Part shown: one piece after another, positions 14,033 to 28,015 of the stretch
Numbering within the stretch: the stretch's first letter is position 1
Layout of the letters: the number at the start of each line of letters is the position of its first letter
NCBI GenBank assembly: GCA_013239625.1
Contig: MU053504.1
Span: 994,001-1,058,000, forward strand
DNA from: Lama guanicoe
Lineage: Eukaryota
Direction: 5' to 3'
Length of the DNA stretch: 64,000 nt
Made by a program: the position numbers and the translations under genes
The notes under the pieces: model-generated
The model's database searches: none
The model's input: the letters and a program-made list of their open reading frames with translations, nothing else
What the model was told of the DNA's origin: nothing

Positions 14033-16247
14033 GGCAGTTGTGTTTTCAATCTAAGTACCAGCCCCAGGCACACATACACAGACATGGGTGAGCCATGCCC
14101 CAACCAAGAAGTAGATGATCAAAGGAGGAAAGAGGAACCCTCTCCAAATTGGATAAATCCTACTTGTTGTTTAAGATTCCACAGAAGAGTCTGTGAGTCT
14201 CCTATCTCCCACGGTCCCCAGCTGAAGCGCTTACTCTGCATCCCCAGTATCCCTGCCTCCCTCTTCCTGGAGCTGGTCAAGGAGCTGACTGCTGTACTGC
14301 GGGCTGTAAGTCCAGGCTATATAAGCACACAGGCTGTGGAATCTTTGGGTGGCTTCCTATGCTCCCTCAGCCTTGGGCATCTCATCTGGAAAGTGGGCAT
14401 GATAAGCTCTCCATCCTAAAGTCATTCTGAGGATTAACTGAAGCCATGAGTAGGTAGGGTGGAGAAATTAATGAATCACCTATTAGGCCCATTTTTTAAA
14501 AAAATGTGGCCTATTTTTCATTCCAGAAACAGATCTCTTCTTGCTCTTCAGTTCCCCACCTTTCAAGGTTGTAGCTAGTGGACAGGGGTCAGGAGATTTA
14601 AATAACCAACTCAAAGTACAGCTTTCTAAGGTAGGAAACTGTATACATATATGCAGAGTATGATCTCAACTATCTAAAAAGATGGAGACTAGAAGGAAAT
14701 AAGCCAGAGTGTTCACAGGGGTTGATCTTGGAGGTTGAGTTTATAGGTGCTTTTTTTCCTACTGTTTCTTTGTAACTTGTGTGTGTGTGTGTGTGCCCAC
14801 ATTTTATCAGTTTATGGGGGACTTTATAATAAAGACATATATATAAACTGAGTAAATTTAGGCTAGCATTCCCCGCCGCCACATACACTCCCACACACAC
14901 TCCCACACACACGTGTCTTTCTATGGAGCAGGCTCTCCAAGATGGTACGGGCAGAGCTCTGGGCCAGATGATTCTTCCCTGGGCCGAAGTGAACCCCACA
15001 CTGCCCTTCGCCCACATAACTGCCAGAAGATTTCCCCACTGTCGACCAAGAACACCCTCGCATGATGCAGAAAAATGTTCTTAATTTTTCAGAGATGCAT
15101 TTGGGGTGAAATGTCAGAATGTTTGTAATTTACTTTAAACTACTTCAGAAAAACAACAGATAAAAAATTATGGCCAAAAATAAAAAAATCCCCAAACTCC
15201 ATAACAACTGCCAGATCTAGGGGATGGATATATGTGTATTTTGTTCAATTACTCTAGTTAACTTTTCTGTTTGAAAATTTTCAGGAAAAAAAAGAGGGGG
15301 AAAAAGTCCCACCCATTTCCAAATGTCCCCTGTCGGTGTGGTACCACCTCTGGTTGAAAAACTTCTATCTTCATCTTGTATCAGCTGCATTTTCATAAAT
15401 GTGTCTACAGGGCTGCCTGTTTTTCTTCAAACGTTTCCTCCTTGGCTTCCTTCTCTTGCAGATGACATCTGGATGTAGGGGAAATGTCCTCATGGCAAAG
15501 GGAAGAGGAGGCCCTCCTACTGCCCCTTTGAGTCCTTGCTGGTGTCTTGAGGTACCCCTTGCTCTGCCTGGTCGGTCAGTGGGGGCCTGATGGCATGAGT
15601 TGCTGACGTCCAGAGCCACTGAAACCCTGTTCCCTCCAGCACTGACCCAATGCCACCACCACTCTCCTGGGCACCTGAGCCCCTCTGAGTCTCAGCTGCG
15701 ATCTCCATCCAGCCTGCCTCGCTGGTCACCCTACCGCTCCTCACGCTCACTGTTTTTCATGCCTCTCAGCAAACTCTTACCGTGAGCACATAAGGACCCC
15801 TGGATCGATCTCTTCCATGCCACGTGCATCCTGAGATGATCCCTAACACAGGTGACAAAAGTGGAGTGGGCTAGGATGCAGTAATGAGGGGAGTCCAACC
15901 ATCCATCCTCACTGTACATGTATATGGCATTTCATAGATTTCATGTTCACTCTCTTTTCAATTACAAATTCTTTCTGAGTGCCTGCTCTGTGCCAGGCAC
16001 TGTCCTAAGGGTCTGGGCCCCCCACCCCACTACTTAGACACTCTAGGCACCTGTTGATATGTGAAACGGCAAACAAGGCATGATGCAGCCATACAAGTGA
16101 ATATCAAGCCGATGTTAAAAAGAATGAACTTAATTGACATGTTCTGATAAGGAATGATATCTAAGATATGCTGTTCAGTGAAAAAGGGAGTTTCAATAAA
16201 ATAGCTAGCATAGACTATGAGCCCTATTCCACAAAAAATTATAATAA

Positions 16248-16781
16248 TGAGACCTGAAAATGACACACTTTTCTGTCCCTGTGTTAAATAACACTGGGAC
16301 CAAGCAATAGCTTAGGGGCTTGCTCCAGGAACTACCTGCTCTTTGAAGGTAAGACCCGATAAAAATGAAACACCTTACTTATTAAAACATGCTCATTTAG
16401 ACTCACTTCAAGGCCTTTGCCCCTCTGCATTCACCAATTCAAAGCTCTTACAAAATCTGCCCAATCCCAACCAGTTACCTGCCTTATATGACCCACCTTA
16501 AAACCACTCAGTGCAGCCTTTAAAACTGTAAGTATCCCTCCCTAATGCCTTCACTTAGAGATACCACTAAGACTTTATCCAAGTGTTTTTCTCCCTTTGT
16601 GTGGTAAGTTTTAATATACTTAGTTTCAGGGGATGAGCATAGCTCAGTGGGAGAGCATATGCTTAACATGCACAAGGTCCTGGGTTCAATTCCCAGTACC
16701 TCCATTTAAAAAATGAAATAATAAACTCAGCTTTATTTGATCACCAAGTTTCCTGGTGGTCTTTGAGGGAATCCATGATCA
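16248..16781 (+). mobile_element. Probable ERV1-type solo LTR carrying a SINE insertion
   Basis: TG...CA termini flanked by ataa on both sides (4-bp TSD). AATAAA near the 3' end and LTR-like internal composition. Confidence 0.5.
16629..16722 (+). mobile_element. tRNA-Ala-derived SINE (Vic-1-like)
   Basis: GGGGATGAGCATAGCTCAGTGGGAGAGC...GGGTTCAATTCCCAGTACCTCCA plus an A-rich tail. Confidence 0.9.
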
Positions 16782-17018
16782 ATAATGATAATAATTAGGT
16801 ACATGCTGAGAACTAAGCTAATTGTCTTAGTCACTTATCCCCACCAAGCCCACCTGGTGAGATTTTTTTGTGTCCTTATTCCCATTTTACAGAGGAAGAA
16901 ATTGAGGAATCAAATTTGAGCACCTTGCCAAATATTACACAGGGAGTAAGTGAGAGATCACATTGAAACCAAGAAGTCTGCTTCCACAGTCTGAGATCGT
17001 AACCCCCTACATTGCTTC

Positions 17019-17562
17019 TGTTCTAGTTCTTAGGTGCATATAAAAATTACTCAAAATCCCAGTGGCTGAAAATCAACATTTCTTTTGCCCATAAATCTTC
17101 AATCTGGGGAGGGCTCGGGGGGTAAGTACCTTGGCTCCACGTGGCGTCGGCTGAGGCGGCTCCGACCCCGGAAGCTGGAATCACCTGGAGGCTCATTCTT
17201 TCCCTTATCCGGCAAGTCGCGCTGACCGTCCCCTGGGACCTCAGCTGGCCATCAGCCAGAACACGTGCCCGTGGCCTCGTCACATGTCCTGGGCTTCCTC
17301 ACAACCTGGTGGCTGGGTTCCCACGGTAAGCATCCCCCCAAAAGAGATTTCTAGGTGAATCCATTTTGCCTTTTATGACCTGACCTTGGAAGTCATACAG
17401 CACCAGTTCTGCCACATTCCATCTGTCAAGGCAATCACAACGCCTTCCCCAGGTTCAAAGTCAGCAGAAATCGATTTACCTCATGGGGACTGGCAATATC
17501 AGAAAGTCCATGTGAGACTGGAAACATTGCTGTGGTCATTTTTGGAAAGACGATCTTCCACA
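17019..17562 (-). mobile_element. MaLR MLT1-type solo LTR
   Basis: cagtggctgaaaatcaac...gggcttcctcacaacctggtggctgggttcc...ccttttatgacctgaccttggaagtcatacag...cttccaca. Confidence 0.8.
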
Positions 17563-17726
17563 GACCCACATATTCAAAGTGTATGTCCATAAAATCTGCA
17601 ATATTATGTAACAAATAGTTAGCTCTGGGTATTTCTAGGGATCATAGAGGGTCTTTTATTTTCTATGATGTGTGGATTTTTGTAACAGGTGTATAAAAAC
17701 CTGTGGTAACTTTTTTCAGAGACTTG

Positions 17727-18239
17727 GTGTCCATTCTCAAGAAGCTTATGCTGAAGGTGAGTATCCTGACCATTACCTAATTCTTCTATATCCGTGTTCT
17801 GCCTCTTGCTGCTGGACTTTGTGCCCCAGGAGGCTGGCTGCTACAGACTGTACCACCTGGTCCCCTTTGCCTTCTGTCTTCTGGTTGGGTTGTTCCAAAT
17901 GGGAGCTGAAGGAAATCAGAGGGTGGGAGAGGGGGTGGGGTATTCTCGCCTTCACCTGAGCATGGTTCTCCTGGTGGCCATGTTCCCCTGCAGCGCATAG
18001 CATCTGCTGGACAGCCTCTCCTCCACAGCGATCGGTCTCACTGTGTTCCAGTAACACTTCCTTCATCTCCATCCTTCAGACCCAAGATGGGTACTGGCTT
18101 GCCTCTGTGGCTAGTTCCTGGGGTGTCTCATCCCACCTTATGGATTTCCCTAATCCTGTCTATCCCTCTATAATTGTCTCTTCATTAAACTCTCTTAATT
18201 AAGCCCTCTAAGTTCACCCTCTGTTCCCTGATTAGTACA
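17727..18239 (+). mobile_element. ERVL-class LTR (LTR40/41-like)
   Basis: ctttgtgccccaggaggctg...ttcattaaactctc...ctgttccctgattagtaca, a typical ERVL LTR 3' end. Confidence 0.55.
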
Positions 18240-18709
18240 GGACTGATGGAGACAAACATGCAAACAATGACATTACGGTGTACTGATTGCTTTGAAAGGC
18301 AGGTATAAAAAAAGAATATCTAGGTTTTACTGGAAGAATCAGAGAAGACTTCCCCAAGAAAATGATACTTCAGCTGAGACCAAAAAAAGAATCCGTGTTC
18401 ACTAGTTTGTAAAAAGGAGAAGAACTTTCCAACCCTATGAGGTTTCCATAGATAAAGAAATAGGCCCAGAGAGGTTAAGCGACTTACCATGGTCACACAG
18501 GGAATAGCATAGATTAAAGCTTTCCACTTAATCCATCACACTACAGGGCAAATTTGTTACAGTAGTTCAGGTGCTTTTAGCTGCAAATAATCAGGAAAAA
18601 AAATGGCTTAGGCAGTAAATATATATATATAAAAATACATTTATATAATCTTGTTATATATTAACAAAAAGATAAAGTAACTCCAGGATTGATTAAATAA
18701 AATCAGATG

Positions 18710-19215
18710 TTCAACAAAGCTATCAAGAAAATCTAAATAAATAGATTGGAAGACTCAATACTGTGAAGTCAATCCTCCTTACATGTACCTATAGACTTAA
18801 CAAAATCACAGTCAAATTCCTATGAAGTTTATGTGTAGAAATTATCAAGCCAATTCTAAAATGTGTATGGAAATACAAAGGACCTAGAGCAGCTTAGACA
18901 ATCTTGAAGAAGAACATACACTGTGAAGTGTCAATGCTTAATACCAAGCTATAGTAATTATGCCAGGGTGGTACTGACACAAGGACAGACAAAGAGACAA
19001 GTGGAACAGAACTGGGAGTCCAGAAATGGACCCAAACATGTATGTCCTTTTGATTTACAACAAGGGTGCTGCTGCAATTCAGTGCTGGAGAAATTAGATA
19101 TCCATACAGAAAATAATATGTATGGGGAAAAAATTAATCTCTACCTCACACCATACATAAGAATTAATGTGGGGTGGATCACAAACGTAAATGTAAAAGT
19201 TAAATAGAATCAGGA
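18710..19215 (+). mobile_element. Old L1 (L1M) ORF2 fragment
   Basis: gattggaagactcaatactgtgaag...tatggaaatacaaaggacctaga...ctacctcacaccatacataagaattaa. Confidence 0.8.
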
Positions 19216-19227
19216 TTCTAAAGGAAA

Positions 19228-19665
19228 CGGGTGTGTTAGTTTCTGGTGCACAGCATAGTGATTCAGTTACACCCACACACACACACACACATATATATAT
19301 TCTTTTTCATTTTAAATTATTACAAGATATTCAATGTAGTTCTTTCTGTTATAAATTAGGACCTTGCTGTTTATCTATTTGATAAATAGTAGTTTGTATC
19401 TGCTAATCCTAAACTCCTAATTTATCTCTCTACCCCCTTTCCCTTTTGGTAACTATAAATTTGTTTCTTATGTCTGTGAGTCTGTTTCTGTTTTGTAAAT
19501 AAGGTCATTTGTGTCATTTCTTTAGATTCCATGTGTAAGTGATATCATATGATATTTGTCTTTCTCCTTCTGATTTACTTCACTTAGTATGATAATCTCT
19601 AGGTCCATCCATGTTACTGCAAATGGGATTATTTCATTCTTTTTCATGGCTGAGTAGTATTCTAT

Positions 19666-19696
<31 letters not shown>

Positions 19697-20127
19697 ACAC
19701 CAACGTATATATATACACATATACACCACATCTTCTTTATCCAGTCATCTGTAGATGAACATTTAGGTTGCTGCCATGTCTTGGCCATTGTAAATAGTGC
19801 TGCTATGAACATTGGGATGCATGTATATTTTTGAGTTAGAGTTTTCTCCAGATATATACCCAGGAGTGGGATTGCTGGACCATACAGTAAATCTATTTTT
19901 AGTTTCTTATGAAATCTTCATACTGTTTTCCATAGTGGCTGCACCAAATTACATTCCCACCAACAGTCTGGGAGAGTTCCCTTTTCTCCACACCCTCTCC
20001 AGCGTTTATCATTTGTGGACTTTTTAATGATGGTCATTCTGAGCAGGTGTGAAGTGATACCTCATTATAGTTTTGATTTGCATTTCTCTGATAATTAGCG
20101 ATACTGAGCATGTTTTCATGCACCTAT
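19228..20127 (-). mobile_element. L1 3' end (ORF2 end and full 3'UTR), same family as 4557-5170, with internal (CA/TG)n tracts
   Basis: Minus [32 protein letters not shown]...YYSAMKKNEI..WMDLE is the L1 ORF2 C-terminus. Confidence 0.92.
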
Positions 20128-22349
20128 ATAACCTGCTTTTTAACTTAGTTTTTTTTTTTTAACTTTCACTGTAGTTGTACATTTCTTGCTTATTTGCTCC
20201 CACCCCCAATTCTGGTTGCTGAGGGGGATCAACTGTCAGAAGGAAGGACTCAGAACAGGTGAGGCATTGCGGGGCTCTGGCTGCGAATCTGGGAAGTAGC
20301 TACTCTCCCCAGATTGGGGAGATCCTAGAAGGGGGAAGGCCCAGCTCAGCTGCAGGAGCAAGGGGTCCAGGGCTGTGCCAGATGTGGTCAGGTCTGGAGC
20401 CCCTACAAGGGTCTGAAGGTAGGCAGATCCTTGGCCCTGGGGGAGGGAAAGGGTGAAACTGGAACTGGGGACCAGAAAGCCCACTAGAGGAAATGGCTTT
20501 GGGGCAGCAGGGTTCCCTCCTAGTCCTGGCATATCTCACTTAATATCAGTAATCAGGTCCTGAAAAACACACATTCTTAATGAAAATGCCAAAAGGAAAC
20601 CTATTCCTATTAAATAAGAAAAATTATATACACATAAACTCAAAACCCTCAAACAATTTTCTGAAATTTTACTAAAATTCAGTAAAATGTATATATACAT
20701 ACATATTTTAAACTATCATGTTAGGATGTAAGATGCTTAGCATCACTTCTAGATCATGCACAATTAAATTGGGTGTTAAATATTTGCTTAGGGTCCGGTA
20801 ACACAGCCTCTCTCTCTGCTACCAACAGCCAAGGTGCAAAAACTCTTTGTTATCCCTCAGTTGATTTTTTTAAATTGTATCTTCTACTATTAGATCCATC
20901 CGGGTATATTTATTAGTACATAATTTTTATTTCATTTGCTTTTAGAAAGAGAAAGAGGGAACATGAAAACAACTGTATCAGGAAGCATACGGTGGAAGAT
21001 ATGAGAAAAGAGCCACGAACAACTAAAAGGCTTGTATGTCTCATGTAACAAGAAGCCCTGGGCATACCCCTTCTTTGTCAGACTACAAAGACTTTCATCT
21101 TCAGGCTTTGTAGCCTCAGCGTTGCTTGATGTGTGCTGAATTTCTAGGCAACACAGCAATGTTCCAGGCAGGAAGAATGGAGAAAGGGGCAAAAAGGCCA
21201 AAGGAGTCAAGAAAATGGGGTCTGTTCCTCTATAAAAGCCTTCCTGGGAGTCTCACCCCGCGACTTCTACTGCACTCATCAACCAGAAGCACTTGGTCCC
21301 GGAAGGTCTGGGTCACTTGGTTCTCAATACGTCTACATGCAACTCTGATTTATCAATTCTTTTGGGATAAAATGGGAAACTTTTTTTTCTTCTAGGTATT
21401 TTGGTTTGAAATGTTCTACTGAGTTTTAGGGATGTAAGTATAAATGCTTTTCCAACATTCACCAGAGGGTATCTGAAGGATATGCTTTAAAACTGTGGAG
21501 GCTCCCTGCCCCCCACACCTCTATCTCATCTTTGGCAACAGTTACATGGTGAATATGACATTGTGGATGCCATCATTGATGTAAACTGTCCTTTATTGTT
21601 GGACATTTAGAATGTTTCCAACTTCTCACAGTTATAAACAAAGCTGCATTGAACATCTTTGTACAAACATCCTTACCCATTTGTCCAGTTACTTCTTTGA
21701 GCTAAATTAAATCCTTGAAAATGGCTGGCTTGAAGTTTCTACAAATTAAAAATTTTGATACATACTGCTGAACTGCCCTCCAGAAAGGTTGTACCAACTG
21801 CACTACGTCTCCATTGCTGGAGCAATAGACATGCATCACAGGGCACGCTGGCCCACCTGGATGAAGAGGAGGATAAATGGCTCTGTTAACATGGCCTCTG
21901 GAAGCAGAGTGCTCAGTAAGTCAGGCACCAATTACGTTTAGAAATGAGATTAGAACATGGAATCTTCCCATTTTTCTCTCTGGGAGTTTCAAAGTTCCAT
22001 TCCTGGGCAGATGAAACAATAAAACAACACTGGTGAAATGAAGTCAGTGAGAACCCAGGACAGTTACACTGATCAATGTTTCCATTTAGGACAGACTTTC
22101 AGGGCAACTTGCTCAGCTCTGACTTGAAGGAAGATCAACATCATGCTCAGCACTCAGTTTTTCCCAATTACTGACTCTTCCTTCCTAAAACACACACATT
22201 GATCCCATCAGCTCCCTTCTTAAAAATGCTATGATGCTCCAGCCCAAACACGTTCCAAAAAATGATGCCTAACATCCTAGTAGAACAACTGAAATTGTTC
22301 ACTATGAAATAATAAGAGCAGCATCAACAGTAACATAAAAGTTAGCACC

Positions 22350-22545
22350 TACATGATGGGGAGTTATTGTTTCATAAAAACAGAGTTTCAGTTTGGGATG
22401 ATAAGAAAGTTCTGCAGATGGACGATGGTGATGGTTGCACCACAATGTGAAGGTACGTAATGCCTCTGAATTGGACACTTAAGGATGGTTAAATGATCAA
22501 TTTCATGTTATGTATATTTTATACAATTAAAAAAATCTAAAAAAA
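22350..22545 (+). mobile_element. L1MB-like 3' end
   Basis: agagtttcagtttgggatgat...gatggttgcaccacaatgtga...cacttaaggatggttaaa...tttcatgttatgtatatttt plus A tail. Confidence 0.8.
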
Positions 22546-22549
22546 TCAT

Positions 22550-22870
22550 TGACTTCCAGTTTCCAATCCAGCATGTAAGGGACTAAGAAGAGTTGTCACT
22601 CTGTCCTAACAACAAAGTAAAAAGGCAAAAACACAGTTTGATGAGACAGAGAAAACATCAGAATCAGACGCAGATAGAACAGAGGTGTTAGCACGACCAG
22701 ACTGGGAACATAAAATAACATTGATTAATATGCTAAAGGCTCTAATGGAAAAAGTCGGCAACATGCAAGAACAGATGGGCAAGGAAAGCAGAGAGAGGGA
22801 CATTCTAAGAAAGAATGAAAAAGAAATGTTTGAGATGGAAAACCCTGTAACAGAAATGAAAGTGGTCTCT
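22550..22870 (+). mobile_element. L1M 5'/ORF1 remnant
   Basis: ORF 22685 ...INMLKALMEKVGNMQEQMGKESRERDILRKNEKEM resembles an L1M ORF1 coiled coil. Confidence 0.7.
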
Positions 22871-25028
22871 GCCTTCCATGAAGACTCATAATGTGAGAAA
22901 TTCTCCAAATATATAGCAAAAGGGTTCAGATGCAGGCTGCCCCCACCCCCCAAAAGTATCTATTCCACATATCATGTAGGTTAGGGCTGGACACGTCATG
23001 CCTTTCTCCTGACAGCTGCTAGCATCTGGTGCTGAATTAGAGGGCGGAGGTACTACCTTGACCTTGACTTCCCTTCACCAAGTTTAAATTTAAGTTCACA
23101 GTATTCAGAAGAGCCTCAGTAAGCCCAGCCTGATTAGGTAACCTGAGGACAGAGACAAAAAGCGTTTTAATAATTGCCCTATCTTTCCCTGTTTCTTTCT
23201 CCAGCCAGCTCACTCTGCCTTCTGCTGAGCTTTGAAGTGTAACTCAAAGGTCTGAGCTGATTTACTCCTGAGCACCTATCCAGTTCAGCTCTCAGCCCAA
23301 TTAACAAGTATTTTATCCTGGGACTGGGCAAGCGGGTGCTGCCAGGATATTATTACTCAGCTCTCCAGCCAAGCTGTTGGGAGAAGAAGAAGGGCTTTTG
23401 CATCCAGAGGCAGCAGACATATCCCTCTAAAAGGGATGAAGGCAGTGCACAGAAGTCTGGGGAAGCACCAAGTGATCATTCAACCCTGAAGGGAGGTTGG
23501 GGATCAGGAGAGACTTCCGGGAAAACCCGATATTTCAGATGAGGCTGGAAGGAAGAGCAGGAATTAACTCCACTATAAAGGAAAAGTGTTCAAAACAATG
23601 TACCTGTGTATACAGAGTTCTGGAGGCGTGAGAGGGCAAAATATATGGGGAAACAAACCCAGGGAGAGAGCTTAGAAATCCAACCAATAAGCAGTTCATC
23701 ACTTCTTATTGTATCTTAGACCCCCCAAAAATCTGATGGGTTCTACCCTAGACCTGAGCCCATACACACACACGCAGAAACTGGCACCTGCTGTCCAGGG
23801 ACCCCTGGTTAAGAATCCTTTACACAAGTCAATCTTTCATTCACAGATGCCCAAACAGGCCAAGAGAAGTCCAAAGTGGCCATCATGGCAAAGCACTGCC
23901 ACTGCAGCAGTATTGTCTCGGGGCTCTCTTGTTCAGACTGGAAACATACCTCAAGTGATTAATGATCTTTATTTCAAAGTGAAGCAAGTGAAAGCTGACC
24001 GAAAGCTTCACAAGCTTGGAGAGGGCTTCACAAGTGATGTGCTTCACTGTCAGGCAACTAAGTGCCCAGACAGATTTTCCCCCGGAAGCCCCTAAATGTC
24101 ACAATACCTGGTCTCTTCTCTGGGGCAGTTGGGTTTCTCTATAAAGGAAGCTCCAATCTACTGCTTGGGGTAGGGAGGTGCTTTAATGAGCCTAGATGTA
24201 AATATTCTGAAACGTGGCTGGGAACGGACTGGGGGTGTCAGCATTCAGGGTGCAGCTTTTTAGTCAACCCCTAAGTCTAGTTCAGCCCCCACCAGGCCTC
24301 TGTCTTTTCCCTCTGCTGGACTGTGGCCACTAAATCTGGAACCTCTCAGGTTCAAATACTTCAGAGATTAGATCCCCAGTATCCTCTGAACGAAGTGCCT
24401 TACTGCAAGGGGTCAAAAGGCCCCGCAAAAGAGACTTTAGGTCAGTCCTCCTCCTTCACCTCCACCTCCCTCACTACCTGGTTCTGCCAACTCCTGGCCT
24501 CCCAGGATTCCAGGGTGATGGGCTCTTCCTCGATATACACCCCTCCTTAAGCAGGATGGCGGCCCCGCCTCCATTTTGCCAAATCGTTTGTCACTCCCCG
24601 ACTCAGTTCCTGTCTTCATTTATTGTGCTTCAGGGTTGGAGATGTCTCCTGGTGTCATCAAAGATAGAGAGGCTGTTTGCATGTTGTCCTTGCTGTCTGG
24701 AAAGGTTTTAAGGAGAAGAGAACAGGATAGAAACAAAACTCAGGCACCCTTGAATATGCTTAACAATACCAAATTGTACATTTAAGACTGGTGAAGATAC
24801 TGAATCTAATGGTATGTATGTTTTTTTGTTTGTTTGTTTTGTTGCCAAAATTAAAAACAAAGCAAAACTCAGCCATCTTAAAACCAGAGGTCTCCCCATT
24901 GAGTTTTCTGTGAATTTTGAAAACAAACACAACAGGGGATTTCCTTGAAAATCCATTTGCACACAGAACGTGGATGTTTTGATTCCTTCTACACAGTTTA
25001 TTGAGGCAATGACTGGGAATACCTAAAA

Positions 25029-25221
25029 CAGTGGTTCTCAAACTGTGGTCCCTAGGCCAGCAGCATCAGCAGCACCAGAAACTTGTAAGAAATGCAAATT
25101 CTCGGGTCCTACCCCAGACCTACTAAATCAGAAGTTCTGCTATCTGTTTTTAAGAGGTCCTACATGACTAAATATTGAGTATCAGCCTTGTGATGGTTGA
25201 TACATGGTTAAAGAGCCACTC
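25029..25221. mobile_element. MER5A-like MITE
   Basis: cagtggttctcaaactgtggtcc...cttgtaagaaatgcaaattctcggg. Confidence 0.85.
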
Positions 25222-25767
25222 ATCTAAAGTACTATCCAGATGGGGGAGAATAAAACCAAGTACAGGCAAAACATCGAAGGAAGGATCTCACTCCAGCACA
25301 CGGAGGAAAGGTAAAGGGACTCATGAAAGGGGGAGAGGAGGTAATTCACTGGGTGGTGACCATGTGTCAGGTACCAAGCTGGAAAGCTTACACACATCTT
25401 ATTTATCCTCACAGTTTCTTTGAAAAGAAAGAATTATTTCCCCACCTTTACAGGTAAGAAAACAGAAGCTTAGGGAGGGTGACTTTGCTAGCTAAGAAGG
25501 ATTTCAATTAAAGTCTGCCTGATTCCTTAGGTCCCCTTTATTTCCACACCTCCCTCTTTCAGAATTAACCTCATCACTGAGAATATCTGGCTATAGGAGA
25601 AAAGCAACAAGATTTCTCCTCTGCTTGGTAAAAATCCTATCCATCCTCCAAAGCAGAACTCCAACGTCAGCTTCTCTGGGAAGTCTTCCAGAGCCGCCTT
25701 GATCAAAGTTAACCTTCCCACAGCACTTTGCACATACCTGTCTTAGAGAACCTCATACACCTTACTG

Positions 25768-27541
25768 TAATATTTCAATCTTTAGTCTCAGGATCTCTTA
25801 GAAATTATTGATATTCATATGCAAACAAACCTTGACCTAAACCTCACAACTAATGCAAAAATAACTCAAAATGGATTAAAGATTAGATGTAAAAATGTAA
25901 CACCACAAGACTTTTAGAGAAAAAAAATAGAGGAAAATCTTTGGGACCCAGGGCTGGGTGAAGAGTTCTTAGACTGAACACCAAAAGCATGATCCGTAAA
26001 GGGAAAAAAAGATGAACTGGATCATTCAAACTGAAAATCTTTTGCTCTAAGAGCCTGTGAAGAGGACAAAAACACTGGGAGAAAACATGCAAACCACCTA
26101 TCTGACAAAAGCCTGGCATCTAGAATGCATAAAGAACTCTCAAAATTCACGAGTTCAAAAATGGGCAAAAGACTTGAACAGATATTGCACTGAGAGAGAG
26201 AAACACTTGGCAAATAAGCACATGAAAATATTTTCAACATCATTACCGTCAGGAAATGCAAATTAAAATCACAGTGAGATAGCACTACACAACTATCAGA
26301 ATGACTCAAATAAAAAATAGTGACAACACCAAGTGCTGGTGAAGATGCAGAGAGATTAGACTACATTCTGGTAGGAATATAAAACGGTACAGCCACTCAG
26401 GAAACGATGTGGTGACTCCTTACAAAATCGAGCATGTGCTGACCATACTACCCAGCAACTGTACTTCGGGGCATTTATTCCAGAGAAGTGGAAATGGATG
26501 ATCACACAAGAACCCGTACATGAATGTTCATAGAAACTTTATTCATAATAGCAGAAGGCAGAAACAATCTGAATGCCCTTCCATCATACCTGGGATACTA
26601 CTCAGCCACAGCAGGGAAACGCCATTGATACAGGCAACAACTTGAATGGATCTCAAGGGAATTATGCTGAGTGGGAAAGCCACCTTCAAAAAGCTACATA
26701 ATGTATTATTCCATTTATATAATATTCTTGAAATGACAAAATTATAGAGAGGGAGAACCAGGGTTAGGGAGAGGAGAGGGAAGGAGGTGGCTGGGGCTAC
26801 AAAAGGGAAGCACATGTTCTGTACCTTGACTGTGGTGGTGGCCATGCAAAGCTACACGTCATACAGTTGCATAGAATTAAACACCCCCACACACAAATCC
26901 ATGTAAAATTGGTGAAATCTGGATGAGATGGGTGGATTGTACCACTGCCAATTTCCTTGTTGTGATGTTGTACTAAAGTTACGCAAAATACTACCACTGG
27001 GGAAAGCTGAGTGAAAGGTACACAGATCTCTCTGTATTATTTCTTGAAACAACGCGTGAACCTGCAATGGTCTCAAAATAAGAAGTCTGAAAAAGAATTG
27101 AGGACCTCAAAGAGATTTTGTTCACGTGGGCTATGTCAATTGGTATTTACTATATTCAAAATTAAAATGGAGACATATTTATTTATTAAATTATCTTTAG
27201 AACAATAATAAACCCATCATTCATTAAAAGAAACAAAGCATGTTTATTTTAGGAACAATGTTTTCAAAAACTAGTGAGAAGTGTAATAATGTTTTGAAAA
27301 TGTACAAGTGTCTTTAATGTCTGGCCTCATAGACAACAGGATTCTCATATCTGCTTTTACATTAATATGATGTGATGTCACACATCATGCAGCCTCTGGA
27401 AAATTCCACGGTACACATGAAAAATTGGGAATGAAGGAGGCAAAGAATGTCTTAGTATTCTTATGAAAATAATACAGCTCCCCTAAAAGGAACCCAGGGA
27501 CCACCCCCAGGAGTCCCAGGACCACACTTTGGAAACTCCTG
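25768..27541. mobile_element. hAT-Charlie1-like DNA transposon split by an L1 insertion (pieces ~25768-25811 and ~27092-27541)
   Basis: tagtctcaggatc..aaattattga / aattgaggacctcaaagagattttg...ggattctcatatctgctt...ggaccacactttggaaactcctg. A related uninterrupted copy lies at ~54290-54715. Confidence 0.7.
25812..27091 (+). mobile_element. L1MC-like 3' fragment
   Basis: aactcaaaatggattaaaga...aaatgggcaaaagacttgaacaga...ggaaatgcaaattaaaatcacagtgaga...ctctctgtattatttcttgaaac. Confidence 0.85.
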
Positions 27542-27924
27542 CACTTTTGTGATCATTGGTCCACAATGAGCAAGGACAGAGACAGCATATTTTTTTTTCT
27601 TTTTTTCTTTTTTTTCTTTTTGGTGCTTACTGTCAGAAGCTTTAATTGTCATTTTTAAGGCTTATTAATCAAGGGTATGAAATCTTGGCCCTAGTATCAC
27701 TGTTCTTCTCATTTTGTCTTTTTTTAACACCTTTATTGTGGTATGATTCCTGTACAGTACACTACACATATTTCAGATGTACAATATGATGAATTTTGAT
27801 AGATGCAGAGCATCTTTTTCATTGTTGTATTACACGTGCCTTGTACACGGCCTGGGCTAAAGGTGATACTGAATAAATATTTGATGAACCTATGGGATGG
27901 TAACAATTTGTTAGCCCTCGTTGG

Positions 27925-28015
27925 AGGAGAGAGAGAGAGGAGGGGGATGAGAAAGGAAACGGAAGGAGAAGGGGAGGAAGGGACAGAGGGAGAGGGAGAG
28001 GGTATGTGGGGTGGG
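27925..28015 (+). repeat. GA-rich polypurine tract
   Basis: ggaggagagagagagaggagggg...gagggagaggg. Confidence 0.75.
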
